Positions 24,001 through 37,370 of a stretch of DNA of 64,000 nt are shown in pieces (within the stretch, counting starts at the first letter, position 1; the number at the start of each line of letters is the position of its first letter). The notes under the pieces are model-generated. The model worked only from the letters and a program-made list of their open reading frames with translations. It did no database searches and was not told the origin of the DNA. Both the position numbers and the translations under genes were made by a program. The DNA comes from Eledone cirrhosa (Eukaryota). The DNA lies in assembly GCA_964016885.1 (NCBI GenBank), contig OZ024748.1, positions 43,462,001 to 43,526,000 of the forward strand, given 5' to 3'.

Positions 24001-27000
24001 AAGTTCCTCCTCTGAAGACCTTCTACTGTCCAGCTCTCCCGGGGTTCCTTCTCTGAAGACCTTCTGTTGTCCAGCTCTCCCGGGGTTCCTTTTCTTAAGA
24101 CCTTCTGCTGTCCAGCTCTCCTGGGGTTCCTTCTCTGAAGACCTTCTGCTGTCCAGCTCTCCCGGCGTTCCTTCTCTCAAGACCTTCTGCTGTCCAGTTC
24201 TCCCGGGGTTCCTTCTCTGAAGACCTTCTGCTGTCCAGCTCTCCTGAAGTTCCTCCTCTGAAGACCTTCTGCTGTCCAGCTCTCCCGGGGTTCCTTCTCT
24301 CAAGACCTTCTGCTGTCCAGTTCTCCCGGGGTTCCTTCTCTGAAGACCTTCTGCTGTCCAGCTCTCCTGGAAGTTCCTCCTCTGAAGACCTTCTGCTGTC
24401 CAGCTCTCCCGGGGTTCCTTCTCCCAAGACCTTCTGCTGTCCAGCTCTCCTGGAGTTCCTTCTCTGAAGACCTTCTGATGTCCAGCTCTCCCAGGGTTCC
24501 TTCTCTCAAGACCTTCTGCTGTCCAGCTCTCCCGGGGTTCCTTCTCTGAGGACCTTCTGCTGTCCAGCTCTCCCGGGGTTCCTTCTCTCAAGACCTTCTG
24601 CTGTCCAGCTCTCCTGGAGTTCCTTCTCTGAAGACCTTCTACTGTCCCGCTCTCCTGGGGTTCCTTCTCTGAAGACCTTCTGCTGTCCAGCTCTCCTGGA
24701 GTTCCTTCTCTGAAGACCTTCTGCTGTCCAGCTCTCCTGGAAGTTCCTCCTCTGAAGACCTGCTGTCCAGCTCTCCTGGAGTTCCTTCTCTGAAGACCTT
24801 CTACTGTCCAGATCTCCTGAGAGTTTCTTCTCTGAAGACCTTCTGCTGTCCAGCTCTCCTGGAGTTCCTTCTCTCAAGACCTTCTGCTATCCAGATCTCC
24901 TGAGAGTTTCTTCTCTGAAGACCTTCTGCTATCCAGCTCTCCTGGATTTCCTTCTCTGAAGATCTTCTGCTGTCCAGCTCTCCCGGGGTTCCTCTCTGAA
25001 GACCTTCTGCTGTCCAGCTCTCCCGGGGTTCCTTCTCTGATGACCTTCTACTGTCCAGCTCTCCCGGGGTTCCTTCTCTGAAGACCTTCTGCTGTCCAGC
25101 TCTCCCGGGGTTCCTACTCTCAAGACCTTCTGCTGTCCAGCTCTCCCGGGGTTCCTTCTCTCAAGACCTTCTGCTGTCCAGCTCTCCCGGGGTTCCTTCT
25201 CTCAAGACCTTCTGCTGTCCAGCTCTCCTGGAAGTTCCTCCTCTGAAGACCTTCTGCTGTCCAGCTCTCCTGGGGTTCCTTCTCTGAAGACCTTCTGCTG
25301 TCCAGCTCTCCCGGGGTTCCTACTCTCAAGTCCTTCTGCTGTCCAGCTCTCCTGGAAGTTCCTCCTCTGAAGACCTTCTGCTGTCCAGCTCTCCCGGGGT
25401 TCCTTCTCTGAAGACCTTCTGCTGTCCAGCTCTCCTGGAGTTCCTTCTCTCAAGACCTTCTGCTGTCCAGATCTCCTGAGAGTTTCTTCTCTGAAGACCT
25501 TCTGCTGTCCAGCTCTCCTGGAGTTCCTTCTCTGAAGACCTTCTGCTGTCCAGCTCTCCCGGGGTTCCTTCTCTGAAGACCTTCTACTGTCCAGCTCTCC
25601 TGGAAGTTCCTCCTCTGAAGACCTTCTGCTGTCCAGCTCTCCTGGAGTTCCTTCTCTGAAGACCTTCTACTGTCCAGCTCTCCTGGGGTTCCTTCTCTGA
25701 AGACCTTCTGCTGTCCAGCTCTCCTGGAGTTCCTTCTCTGAAGACCTTCTGCTGTCCAGCTCTCCTGGAAGTTCCTCCTCTGAAGACCTTCTGCTGTCCA
25801 GCTCTCCCGGGGTTCCTTCTCTGAAGACCTTCTGCTGTCCAGCTCTCCCGGGGTTCCTTCTCTCAAGACCTTCTACTGTCCACCTCTCCTGGAAGTTCCT
25901 CCTCTGAAGACCTTCTGCTGTCCAGCTCTCCTGGAGTTCCTTCTCTGAAGACCTTCTACTGTCCAGATCTCCTGAGAGTTTCTTCTCTGAAGACCTTCTG
26001 CTGTTCAGCTCTCCTGGAGTTCCTTCTCTCAAGACCTTCTGCTGTCCAGATCTCCTGAGAGTTTCTTCTCTGAAGACCTTCTGCTGTCCAGCTCTCCTGG
26101 AGTTCCTTCTCTGAAGACCTTCTGCTGTCCAGCTCTCCCGGGGTTCCTTCTCTGAAGACCTTCTGCTGTCCAGCTCTCCCGGGGTTCCTTCTATGATGAC
26201 CTTCTACTGTCCAGCTCTCCCGGGGTTCCTTCTCTGAAGACCTTCTGCTGTCCAGCTCTTCCGGGGTTCCTACTCTCAAGACCTTCTGCTGTCCAGCTCT
26301 CCCAGGGTTCCTTCTCTGAAGACCTTCTGCTGTCCAGATCTCCCGGGGTTCCTTCTCTCAAGACCTTCTGCTGTCCAGCTCTCCTGGAAGTTCCTCCTCT
26401 GAAGACTTTCTGCTGTCCAGCTCTCCTGGGGTTCCTTCTCTGAAGACCTTCTGCTGTCCAGCTCTCCCGGGGTTCCTTCTCTCAAGACCTTCTGCTGTCC
26501 AGCTCTCCTGGAAGTTCCTCCTCTGAAGACCTTCTGCTGTCCAGCTCTCCCGGGGTTCCTTCTCTGAAGACCTTCTACTGTCCAGCTCTCCTGGGGTTCC
26601 TTCTCTGAAGACCTTCTGCTGTCCAGCTCTCCTGGAGTTCCTTCTCTGAAGACCTTCTGCTGTCCAGCTCTCCCGGGGTTCTTTCTCTGAAGACCTTCTG
26701 CTGTCCAGCTCTCCTGGAGTTCCTTCTCTGAAGACCTTCTACTGTCCAGCTCTCCCGGGGTTCCTCCTCTGAAGACCTTCTGCTGTCCAGCTCTCCAGGA
26801 GTTCCTTCTCTGAAGACCTTCTGCTGTCCAGCTCTCCCGGGGTTCCTTCTCTCAAGACCTTCTGCTGTCCAGCTCTCCCGGGGTTCCTCCTCTGAAAACC
26901 TTCTGCTGTCCAGCTCTCCTGGAGTTCCTTCTCTCAAGACCTTCTACTGTCCAGCTCTCCCGGGGTTCCTTCTCTGAAGACCTTCTGCTGTCCAGCTCTC

Positions 27001-30000
27001 CTGGAGTTCCTTCTCTGAAGACCTTCTGCTGTCCAGCTCTCCTGGGGTTCCTTCTCTGAAGACCTTCTGCTGTCCAGCTCTCCTGGAAGTTCCTCCTCTG
27101 AAGACCTTCTGCTGTCCAGCTCTCCCGGGGTTCCTTCTCTGAATACCTTCTGCTGTCCAGCTCTCCCGGGGTTCCTTCTCTGAAGACCTTCTGCTGTCCA
27201 GCTCTCCCGGGGTTCCGTCTCTGAAGACCTTCTGCTGTCCAGCTCTCCTGGGGTTCCTTTTCTGAAGACCTTCTGCTGTCCAGCTCTCCCGGGGTTCCGT
27301 CTCTGAATACCTTCTGCTGTCCAGCTCTCCCGGGGTTCCTTCTCTGAAGACCTTCTGCTGTCCAGCTCTCCCGGGGTTCCGTCTCTGAAGACCTTCTGCT
27401 GTCCAGCTCTCCTGGGGTTCCTTTTCTGAAGACCTTCTGCTGTCCAGCTCTCCCGGCGTTCCTTCTCTCAAGACCTTCTGCTGTCCAGTTCTCCCGGGGT
27501 TCCTTCTCTGAAGACCTTCTGCTGTCCAGCTCTCCTGAAGTTCCTCCTCTGAAGACCTTCTGCTGTCCAGCTCTCCCGGGGTTCCTTCTCTCAAGACCTT
27601 CTGCTGTCCAGTTCTCCCGGGGTTCCTTCTCTGAAGACCTTCTGCTGTCCAGCTCTCCTGAAGTTCCTCCTCTGAAGACCTTCTGCTGTCCAGCTCTCCT
27701 GGAAGTTCCTTCTCTCAAGACCTTCTGCTGTCCAGCTCTCCCGGGGTTCCTGCTCTCAAGACCTTCTGCTGTCCAGCTCTCCCAGGGTTCCTTCTCTCAA
27801 GACCTTCTGCTGTCCAGCTCTCCCAGGGTTCCTTCTCTCAAGACCTTCTGCTGTCCAGCGCTCCCGGGGTTCCTTCTCTCAAGACCTTCTGCTGTCCAGC
27901 GCTCCCGGGGTTCCTTCTCTCAAGACCTTCTGCTGTCCAGCTCTCCTGGAAGTTCCTCCTATGAAGACCTTCTGCTGTCCAGCTCTTCCGGGGTTCCTTC
28001 TCTCAAGACCTTCTGCTGTCCAGCGCTCCCGGGGTTCCTTCTCTGAAGACCTTCTGCTGTCCAGCTCTCCCGGGGTTCCTACTCTGAAGACCTTCTGCTG
28101 TCCAGCTCTCCCAGGGTTCCTTCTCTGAAGACCTTCTGCTGGCCAGCTCTCCCGGGGTTCCTTCTCTCAAGACCTTCTGCTGTCCAGCTCTCCCGGGGTT
28201 CCTTCTCTCAAGACCTTCTGCTGTCCAGCTCTCCCGGGGTTCCTTCTCTCAAGACCTTCTGCTGTCCAGCTCTCCTGGAAGTTCCTCCTCTGAAGACCTT
28301 CTGCTGTCCAGCTCTCCTGGGGTTCCTTCTCTGAAGACCTTCTGCTGTCCAGCTCTCCCGGGGTTCCTACTCTCAAGTCCTTCTGCTGTCCAGCTCTCCT
28401 GGAAGTTCCTCCTCTGAAGACCTTCTGCTGTCCAGCTCTCCCGGGGTTCCTTCTCTGAAGACCTTCTGCTGTCCAGCTCTCCTGGAGTTCCTTCTCTGAA
28501 GACCTTCTGCTGTCCAGCTCTCCCGGGGTTCCTTCTCTGAAGACCTTCTGCTGTCCAGCTCTCCCGGGGTTCCTTCACTGAAAACCTTCTGCTGTCCAAC
28601 TCTCCCGGAGTTCCTTCTCTGAAGACCTTCTACTGTCCAGCTCTCCCGGGGTTCCTTCTCTGAAGACCTTCTGCTGTCCAGCTCTCCCGGGGTTCCTCTC
28701 TGAAGACCTTCTGCTGTCCAGCTCTCCTGGGGTTCCTTCTCTGAAGACCTTCTGCTATCCAGCTCTCCCGGGGTTCCTTCTCTGAAGACCTTCTGCTGTC
28801 CAGCTCTCCTGGAAGTTCCTCCTCTGAAGATTTTCTGCTGTCCAGCTCTCCCGGGGTTCCTTCTCTGAAGACCTTCTGCCGTCCAGCTCTCCCGGGGTTC
28901 CTTCTCTGAAGACCTTCTACTGTCCAGCTCTCCCGGGGTTCCTTCTCTGAAGACCTTCTGCTGTCCAGCGCTCCCGGGGTTCCTACTCTCAAGACCTTCT
29001 GCTGTCCAGCTCTCCCGGGGTTCCTTCTCTGAAGACCTTCTGCTGTCCAGCCCTCCCGGCGTTCCTTCTCTCAAGACCTTCTGCTGTCCATCTCTCCTGG
29101 AAGTTCCTCCTCTGAAGATTTTCTGCTGTCCAGCTCTCCCGGTGTTCCTTCTCTGAAGACCTTCTGCTGTCCAGCTCTCCCGGGGTTCCTTCTCTGAAGA
29201 CCTTCTGCTGTCCAGCTCTCCCGGGGTTCCTTCTCTGAAGACCTTCTGTTGTCCAGCTCTCCCAGGGTTCCTTCTCTCAAGACCTTCTGCTGTCCAGCTC
29301 TCCTGGAAGTTCCACCTATGAAGACCTTCTGCTGTCCAGCTCTTCCGGGGTTCCTTCTCTCAAGACCTTCAGCTGTCCAGCGCTCCCGGGGTTCCTTCTC
29401 TGAAGACCTTCTGCTGTCCAGCTCTCCCAGGGTTCCTTCTCTGAAGACCTTCTGCTGGCCAGCTCTCCCGGGGTTCCTTCTCTCAAGACCTTCTGCTGTC
29501 CAGCTCTCCCGGGGTTCCTTCTCTCAAGACCTTCTGCTGTCCAGCTCTCCCGGGGTTCCTTCTCTCAAGACCTTCTGCTGTCCAGCTCTCCTGGAAGTTC
29601 CTCCTCTGAAGACCTTCTGCTGTCCAGCTCTCCTGGGGTTCCTTCTCTGAAGACCTTCTGCTGTCCAGCTCTCCCGGGGTTCCTACTCTCAAGTCCTTCT
29701 GCTGTCCAGCTCTCCTGGAAGTTCCTCCTCTGAAGACCTTCTGCTGTCCAGCTCTCCCGGGGTTCCTTCTCTGAAGACCTTCTGCTGTCCAGCTCTCCCG
29801 GGGTTCCTTCTCTGAAAACCTTCTGCTGTCCAACTCTCCCGGAGTTCCTTCTCTGAAGACCTTCTACTGTCCAGCTCTCCCGGGGTTCCTTCTCTGAAGA
29901 CCTTCTGCCGTCCAGCTCTCCCGGGGTTCCTCTCTGAAGACCTTCTGCTGTCCAGCTCTCCCGGGGTTCCTTCTCTGAAGACCTTCTGCTATCCAGCTCT

Positions 30001-33000
30001 CCCGGGGTTCCTTCTCTGAAGACCTTCTGCTGTCCAGCTCCCTGGAAGTTCCTCCTCTGAAGATTTTCTGCTGTCCAGCTCTCCCGGGGTTCCTTCTCTC
30101 AAGACCTTCTGCCGTCCAGCTCTCCCGGGGTTCCTTCTCTGAAGACCTTCTACTGTCCAGCTCTCCCGGGGTTCCTTCTCTGAAGACCTTCTGCTGTCCA
30201 GCCCTCCCGGCGTTCCTTCTCTCAAGACCTTCTGCTGTCCATCTCTCCTGGAAGTTCCTCCTCTGAAGATTTTCTGCTGTCCAGCTCTCCCGGGGTTCCT
30301 TCTCTGAAGACCTTCTGCTGTCCAGCTCTCCCGGGGTTCCTTCTCTGAAGACCTTCTACTGTCCAGCTCTCCCGGGGTTCCTTCTCTGAAGACCTTCTGT
30401 TGTCCAGCTCTCCCGGGGTTCCTTTTCTTAAGACCTTCTGCTGTCCAGCTCTCCTGGGGTTCCTTCTCTGAAGACCTTCTGCTGTCCAGCTCTCCCGGCG
30501 TTCCTTCTCTCAAGACCTTCTGCTGTCCAGTTCTCCCGGGGTTCCTACTCTGAAGACCTTCTGCTGTCCAGCTCTCCTGAAGTTCCTCCTCTGAAGACCT
30601 TCTGCTGTCCAGCTCTCCCGGGGTTCCTTCTCTCAAGACCTTCTGCTGTCCAGTTCTCCCGGGGTTCCTTCTCTGAAGACCTTCTGCTGTCCAGCCCTCC
30701 TGAAGTTCCTCCTCTAAAAACCTTCTGCTGTCCAGCTCTCCCGGGGTTCCTTCTCTCTAGACCTTCTGCTGTCCAGCTCTCCCGGGGTTCCATCTGTGAA
30801 GACCTTCTGCTGTCCAGCTCTCCCAGGGTTCCTTCTCTCAAGACCTTCTGCTGTGCAGCGCTCCCGGGGTTACTTCTCTGAAGACCTTCTGCTGTCCAGC
30901 GCTCCCGGGGTTCCTTCTCTGAAGACCTTCTGCTGTCCAGTGCTCCCGGGTTTCCTTCTCTGAAGACCTTCTGTTGTCCAGCTATCCCAGGGTTCCTTCT
31001 CTCAAGACCTTCTGCTGTCCAGCTCTCCTGGAAGTTCCTCCTATGAAGACCTTCTGCTGTCCAGCTCTCCCAGGGTTCCTTCTGTCAAGACCTTCTGCTG
31101 TCCAGCTCTCCCGGGGTTCCTTCTCTGAAGTCCTTCTGCTGTCCAGCTCTCCCGGGGTTCCTTCTCTGAAGACCTTCTGCTGTCCAGCTCTCCCGGGGTT
31201 CCTTCTCTGAAGACCTTCTGCTGTCCAGCTCTCCCGGGGTTCCTTCTCTCAAGACCTTCTGCCGTCCAGCTCTCCCGGGGTTCCTTCTCTCAAGACATTC
31301 TGCTGTCCAGCTCTCCCGGGGTTCCCACTCTCAAGACCTTCTGCTGTCCAGCTCTCCTGGAAGTTCCTCCTCTGAAGACCTTCTGCTGTCCAGCTCTCCT
31401 GGGGTTCCTTCTCTGAAGACCTTCTGCTGTCCAGCTCTCCCGGGGTTCCTACTCTCAAGTCCTTCTGCTGTCCAGCTCTCCTGGAAGTTCCTCCTCTGAA
31501 GACCTTCTGCTGTCCAGCTCTCCCGGGGTTCCTTCTCTGAAGACCTTCTGCTGTCCAGCTCTCCTGGAGTTCCTTCTCTGAAGACCTTCTGCTGTCCAGC
31601 TCTCCCAGGGTTCCTTCTCTCAAGACCTTCTGCTGTCCAGCTCTCCTGGAGTTCCTTCTCTGAAGACCTTCAGCTGTCCAACTCTCCCGGGGTTCCCTCT
31701 CTGAAGACCTTCTGCTGTCCAGCTCTCCCGGGGTTCCTTCTCTGAAGACCTTCTACTGTCCAGCTCGCCCAGGGTTCCTTCTCTGAAGACCTTCTCCTGT
31801 CCAGCTCTCCCGGGGTTCCTACTCTCAAGACCTTCTGCTGTCCAGCTCTCCCGGTGTTCCTTCTCTGAAGACCTTCTGCTGTCCAGCTCTCCCGGGGTTC
31901 CTTCTCTCAAGACCTTCTGCTGTCCAGCTCTCCTGGAAGTTCCTCCTCTGAAGACCTTCTGCTGTCCAGCTCTCCTGGGGTTCCTTCTCTGAAGACGTTC
32001 TGCTGTCCAGCTCTCCCGGGGTTCCTACTCTCAAGACCTTCTGCTGTCCAGCTCTCCCGGGGTTCCTTCTCTGAAGACCTACTGTCCAGCTCTCCTGGGG
32101 TTCCTTCTCTGAAGACCTTCTGCTGTCCAGCTCTCCTGGAGTTCCTTCTCTGAAGACCTTCTGCTGTCCAGCTCTCCCGGGGTTCCTTCTCTCAAGACCT
32201 TCTGCTGTCCAGTTCTCCCGGGGTTCCTTCTCTGAAAACCTTCTGCTGTCCAGCTCTCCTGAAGTTCCTCCTCTGAAGACCTTCTGCTGTCCAGCTCTCC
32301 CGGGGTTCCTTCTCTCAAGACCTTCTGCTGTCCAGTTCTCCCGGGGTTCCTTCTCTGAAGACCTTCTGCTGTCCAGCTCACCTGAAGTTCCTCCTCTAAA
32401 AACCTTCTGCTGTCCAGCTCTCCCGGGGTTCCTTCTCTCAAGACCTTCTGCTGTCCAGCTCTCCCGGGGTTCCTTCACTCAAGACCTTCTGCTGTCCAGC
32501 TCTCCCAGGGTTCCTTCTCTCAAGACCTTCTGCTGTCCAGCTCTCCCAGGGTTCCTTCTCTCAAGACCTTCTGCTGTCCAGCGCTCCCGGGGTTCCTTCT
32601 CTGAAGACCTTCTGCTGTCCAGCGCTCCCGGGGTTCCTTCTCTGAAGACCTTCTGCTGTCCAGCGCTCCCGGGGTTCCTTCTCTGAAGACCTTCTGTTGT
32701 CCAGCTCTCCCAGGGTTCCTTCTCTCAAGACCTTCTGCTGTCCAGCTCTCCTGGATGTTCTTCCTATGAAGACCTTCTGCTGTCCAGCTCTCCCGGGGTT
32801 CCTACTCTGAAGACCTTCTGCTGTCCAGCTCTCCCAGGGTTCCTTCTCTGAAGACCTTCTGCTGGCAAGCTCTCCCGGGGTTCCTTCTCTCAAGACCTTC
32901 TGCTGTCCAGCTCTCCCGGGGTTCCTTCTCTCAAGACCTTCTGCTGTCCAGCTCTCCCGGGGTTCCTTCTCTCAAGACCTTCTGCTGTCCAGCTCTCCTG

Positions 33001-36000
33001 GAAGTTCCTCCTCTGAAGACCTTCTGCTGTCCAGCTCTCCTGGGGTTCCTTCTCTGAAGACCTTCTGCTGTCCAGCTCTCCCGGGGTTCCTACTCTCAAG
33101 TCCTTCTGCTGTCCAGCTCTCCTGGAAGTTCCTCGTCTGAAGACATTCTGCTGTCCAGCTCTCCCGGGGTTCCTTCTCTGAAGACCTTCTGCTGTCCAGC
33201 TCTCCTGGAGTTCCTTCTCTGAAGACCTTCTGCTGTCCAGCTCTCCCGGGGTTCCTTCTCTGAAGACCTTCTGCTGTCCAGCTTTCCCGGGGTTCCTTCT
33301 CTGAAAACCTTCTGCTGTCCAGCTCTCCCGGAGTTCCTTCTCTGAAGACCTTCTACTGTCCAGCTCTCCCGGGGTTCCTTCTCTGAAGACCTTCTGCTGT
33401 CCAGCTCTCCCGGGGTTCCTTCTCTGAAGACCTTCTGCTGTCCAGCTCTCCCAGGGTTCCTTCTCTTAAGACCTTCTGCTATCCAGCTCTCCCGGGGTTC
33501 CTTCTCTGAAGACCTTCTGCTGTCCAGCTCTCCTGGAAGTTCCTCCTCTGAAGATTTTCTGCTGTCCAGCTCTCCCGGGGTTCCTTCTCTGAAGAGCTTC
33601 TGCTGTCCAGCTCTCCCGGGGTTCCTTCTCTGAAGACCTTCTACTGTCCAGCTCTCCCGGGGTTCCTTCTCTGAAGACCTTCTGCTGTCCAGCTCTCCCG
33701 GGGTTCCTACTCTCAAGACCTTCTGCTGTCCAGCTCTCCCGGGGTTCCTTCTCTGAAGACCTTCTGCTGTCCAGCTCTCCCGGCATTCCTTCTCTCAAGA
33801 CCTTCTGCTGTCCAGCTCTCCCAGGGTTCCTCCTCTGAAGATTTTCTGCTGTCCAGCTCTCCTGGAGTTCTTTCTCTCAAGACCTTCTGCTGTCCAGATC
33901 TCCTGAGAGTTTCTTCTCTGAAGACCTTCTGCTATCCAGCTCTCCTGGATTTCCTTCTCTGAAGACCTTCTGCTGTCCAGCTCTCCCGGCGTTCCTACTC
34001 TGAAGACCTTCTGCTGTCCAACTCTCCCGGGGTTCCTTCTCTGAAGACCTTCTGCTGTCCAGCTCTCCCGGGGTTCATACTCTCAAGACCTTCTGCTGTC
34101 TAGCTCTCCCGGGGTTCCATCTCTGAAGACCTTCTGCTGTCCAGCTCTCCCGGGGTTCCTTCTCTCAAGACCTTCTGCTGTCCAGCTCTCCTGGAAGTTC
34201 CTCCTCTGAAGACCTTCTGCTGTCCAGCTCTCCCGGGGTTCCTTCTCTGAAGACCTTCTACTGTCCAGCTCTCCTGGGGTTCCTTTTCTGAAGACCTTCT
34301 GCTGTCCAGCTCTCCTGGAGTTCCTTCTCTGAAGACCTTCTGCTGTCCAGCTCTCCTGGGGTTCCTTCTCTGAAGACCTTCTGCTGTCCAGCTCTCCCGG
34401 GGTTCCTTCTCTGAAGACCTTCTGCTGTCCAGCTCTCCCGGGGTTCCTTCTCTGAAAACCTTCTGCTGTCCAGCTCTCCCGGAGTTCCTTCTCTGAAGAC
34501 CTTCTGCTGTCCAGCTCTCCTGGAAGTTCCTCCTCTGAAGACCTTCTGCTGTCCAGCTCTCCCGGGGTTCCTTCTCTGAAGACCTTCTGCTGTCCAGCTC
34601 TCCCGGGGTTCCTTCTCTGAAGACCTTCTGCTGTCCAGCTCTCCTGGAAGTTCCTCCTCTGAAGATTTTCTGCTGTCCAGCTCTCCCAGGGTTCCTTCTC
34701 TGAAGACCTTCTGCTGTCCAGCTCTCCCGGGGTTCCTTCTCTGAAGACCTTCTACTGTCCAGCTCTCCCGGGGTTCCTTCTCTGAAGACCTTCTTCTGTC
34801 CAGCTCTCCCGGGGTTCCTACTCTGAAGACCTTCTGCTGTCCAGCTCTCCCGGGGTTCCTTCTCTGAAGACCTTCTGCTGTCCAGCTCTCCCGGGGTTCC
34901 TACTCTGAAGACCTTCTGCTGTCCAGCTCTCCCGGGGTTCCTTCTCTGAAGACCTTCTGCTGTCCAGCTCTCCCGGGGTTCCTTCTCTCAAGACCTTCTG
35001 CTGTCCAGCTCTCCTGGAAGTTCCTCCTCTGAAGACCTTCTGCTGTCCAGCTCTCCTGGGGTTCCTTCTCTGAAGACCTTCTGCTGTCCATCTCTCCCGG
35101 GGTTCCTTCTCTCACGACCTTCTGCTGTCCAGCTCTCCTGGAAGTTCCTCCTCTGAAGACCTTCTGCTGTCCTGCTCTCCCGGGGTTCCTTCTCTGAAGA
35201 CCTTCTACTGTCCAGCTCTCCTGGGGTTCCTTCTCTGAAGACCTTCTGCTGTCCAGCTCTCCTGGAGTTCCTTCTCTGAAGACCTTCTGCTGTCCAGCTC
35301 TCCCGGGGTTCCTTCTCTGAAGACCTTCTGCTGTCCAGCTCTCCCGGGGTTCCTTCTCTGAAGACCTTCTGCTGTCCAGCTCTCCCGGGGTTCCTTCTCT
35401 GAAGACCTTCTGCTGTCCAGCTCTCCTGGTGTTCCTTCTCTGAAGACCTTCTGCTGTCCAACTATCCCGGTGTTCCTTCTCTGAAGACCTTCTGCTGTCC
35501 AGCTCTCCCGGGGTTCCTACTCTGAAGACCTTCTACTGTCCAGCTCTCCTGGAAGTTCCTCCTCTGAAGACCTTCTGCTGTCCAGCTCTCCTGGAGTTCC
35601 TTCTCTGAAGACCTTCTACTGTCCAGATCTCCTGAGAGTTTCTTCTCTGAAGACCTTCTGCTGTCCAGCTCTCCTGGAGTTCCTTCTCTCAAGACCTTCT
35701 GCTGTCCAGATCTCCTGAGAGTTTCTTCTCTGAAGACCTTCTGCTGTCCAGCTCTCCTGGAGTTCCTTCTCTGAAGACCTTCTGCTGTCCAGCTCTCCTG
35801 GAGTTCCTTCTCTCAAGACCTTCTACTGTCCAGCTCTCCTGAGAGTTCCTTCTCTGAAGACCTTCTGCTGTCCAGCTCTCCTGGAGTTCCTTCTCTGAAG
35901 ACCTTCTGCTGTCCAGCTCTTCTGGAGTTCCTTCTCTCAAGACCTTCTACTGTCCAGCTCTCCTGGAGTTCCTTCTCTCAAGACCTTCTGCTGTCCAGCT

Positions 36001-37150
36001 CTCCTGAGAGTTCCTTCTCTGAAGACCTTCTGCTGTCCAGCTCTCCTGGGAGTTCCTTCTCTGAAGACCTTCTACTGTCCAGCTCTCCCGGGGTTCCTTC
36101 TCTGAAGACCTTCTGCTGTCCAGCTCTCTCGGGGTTCCTTCTCTGAAGACCTTCTACTGTCCAGCTCTCCCAGGGTTCCTTCTCTGAAGACCTTCTGCTG
36201 TCCAGCTCTCCCGGGAGTTCCTTCTCTGAAGACCTTCTGCTGTCCAGCTCTCCCGGGAGTTCCTTCTCTGAAGACCTTCTACTGTCCAGCTCTCCTGGGA
36301 GTTCCTTCTCTCAAGACCTTCTACTGTCCAGCTCTCCCGGGGTTCCTTCTCTCAAGACCTTCTGCTGTCCAGCTCTCCTGGAGTTCCTTCTCTGAAGATC
36401 TTCTGCTATCCAGCTCTCCCGGGGTTCCTTCTCTGAAGACCTTCTGCTGTCCAGCTCTCCTGGGGTTCCTTCTCTGAAGACCTTCTGCTGTCCAGCTCTC
36501 CCGGGGTTCCTTCTCTGAAGACCTTCTGCTGTCCAGCTCTCCCGGGGTTCCTTCTCTCTAGACCTTCTGCTGTCCAGCTCTCCCGGGGTTCCTTCTCTGA
36601 AGACCTTCTGCTGTCCAGCTCTCCTGGAGTTCCTCCTCTGAAGACCTTCTGCTGTCCAGCTCTCCCGGGGTTCCTACTCTCAAGACCTTCTGCTGTCCAG
36701 CTCTCCCGGGGTTCCTTCTCTCAAGACCTTCTGCCGTCCAGCTCTCCCGCGGTTCCTTCTCTGAAGACCTTCTGCCGTCCAGCTCTCCCGCGGTTCCTTC
36801 TCTGAAGACCTTCTGCTGTCCAGCTCTCCCGGGGTTCCTTCTCTCAAGACCTTCTGCTGTCCAGCTCTCCCGGGGTTCCTTCTCTGAAGACCTTCTGCTG
36901 TCCAGCTCTCCTGGAGTTCCTCCTCTGAAGACCTTCTGCTGTCTAGCTCTCCCGGTGTTCCTTCTCTCAAGACCTTCTGCTGTCCAGCTCTCCCGGGGTT
37001 CCTTCTCTCAAGACCTTCTGCTGTCCAGCTCTCCTGGATTTCCTTCTCTCAAGACCTTCTGCTGTCCAGCTCTCCCGCGGTTCCTTCTCTGAAGACCTTC
37101 TGCTGTCCAGCTCTCCTGGAAGTTCCTTCTCTGAAGACTTCTGGGAGTTT
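1..37150. repeat. 41/42-bp tandem satellite, about 900 units, continuing past the left window edge
   Basis: Consensus GGGGTTCCTTCTCTGAAGACCTTCTGCTGTCCAGCTCTCCC (41 bp, 24/41 GC, 28/41 pyrimidine on +). 42-bp variants carry CTGGAAGTTCCTCC, CTGAGAGTTTC or CTGGGAGTTCC. The array ends abruptly at GAAGACTTCTGGGAGTTTCTTACC. Confidence 0.98.
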
Positions 37151-37155
37151 CTTAC

Positions 37156-37370
37156 CACTAATGTATTTACGAATAAATAACCAACGACGGTATAGTTCTA
37201 ATACTTTGTTATATCAATGCCAGGAATACAAGACATACAGAACCTCCAGCTCAGTTAAAATACAGAAATAACATCATCATCATCGTCATCGTCTTCATCG
37301 TCGTCGTCACAGCTTCTTTCTTCTTCTTCGTCGTCTTGTGGATTTACTGTTGTAAACAAGGGAGGTAACT
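37156..37370 (-). other. Possible non-coding first exon of a divergent minus-strand transcript
   Basis: Consensus-like donor GTG|GTAAGA on the minus strand (GT at 37155-37154) right at the satellite edge. Upstream sequence is GAC/GAT/GAA-rich and CpG-rich. No ATG-led frame runs through to the donor. The 5' boundary is a guess. Confidence 0.3.

Noticed and set aside
1-37150. CTGAAGA in most 41-bp units as a hammerhead core (satellite ribozyme)
   Set aside because: The consensus has no GAAA box closing a stem II and no stem I/III arrangement. Rare GAAA variants do not pair correctly.
24-37158. Numerous ORFs of type REGTPGELDSRRSSEKE... in the 41-bp satellite
   Set aside because: The unit length is not a multiple of 3, all frames give the same cyclic peptide, and common variants add TGA/TAG stops. 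Openness follows from T scarcity on the minus strand.
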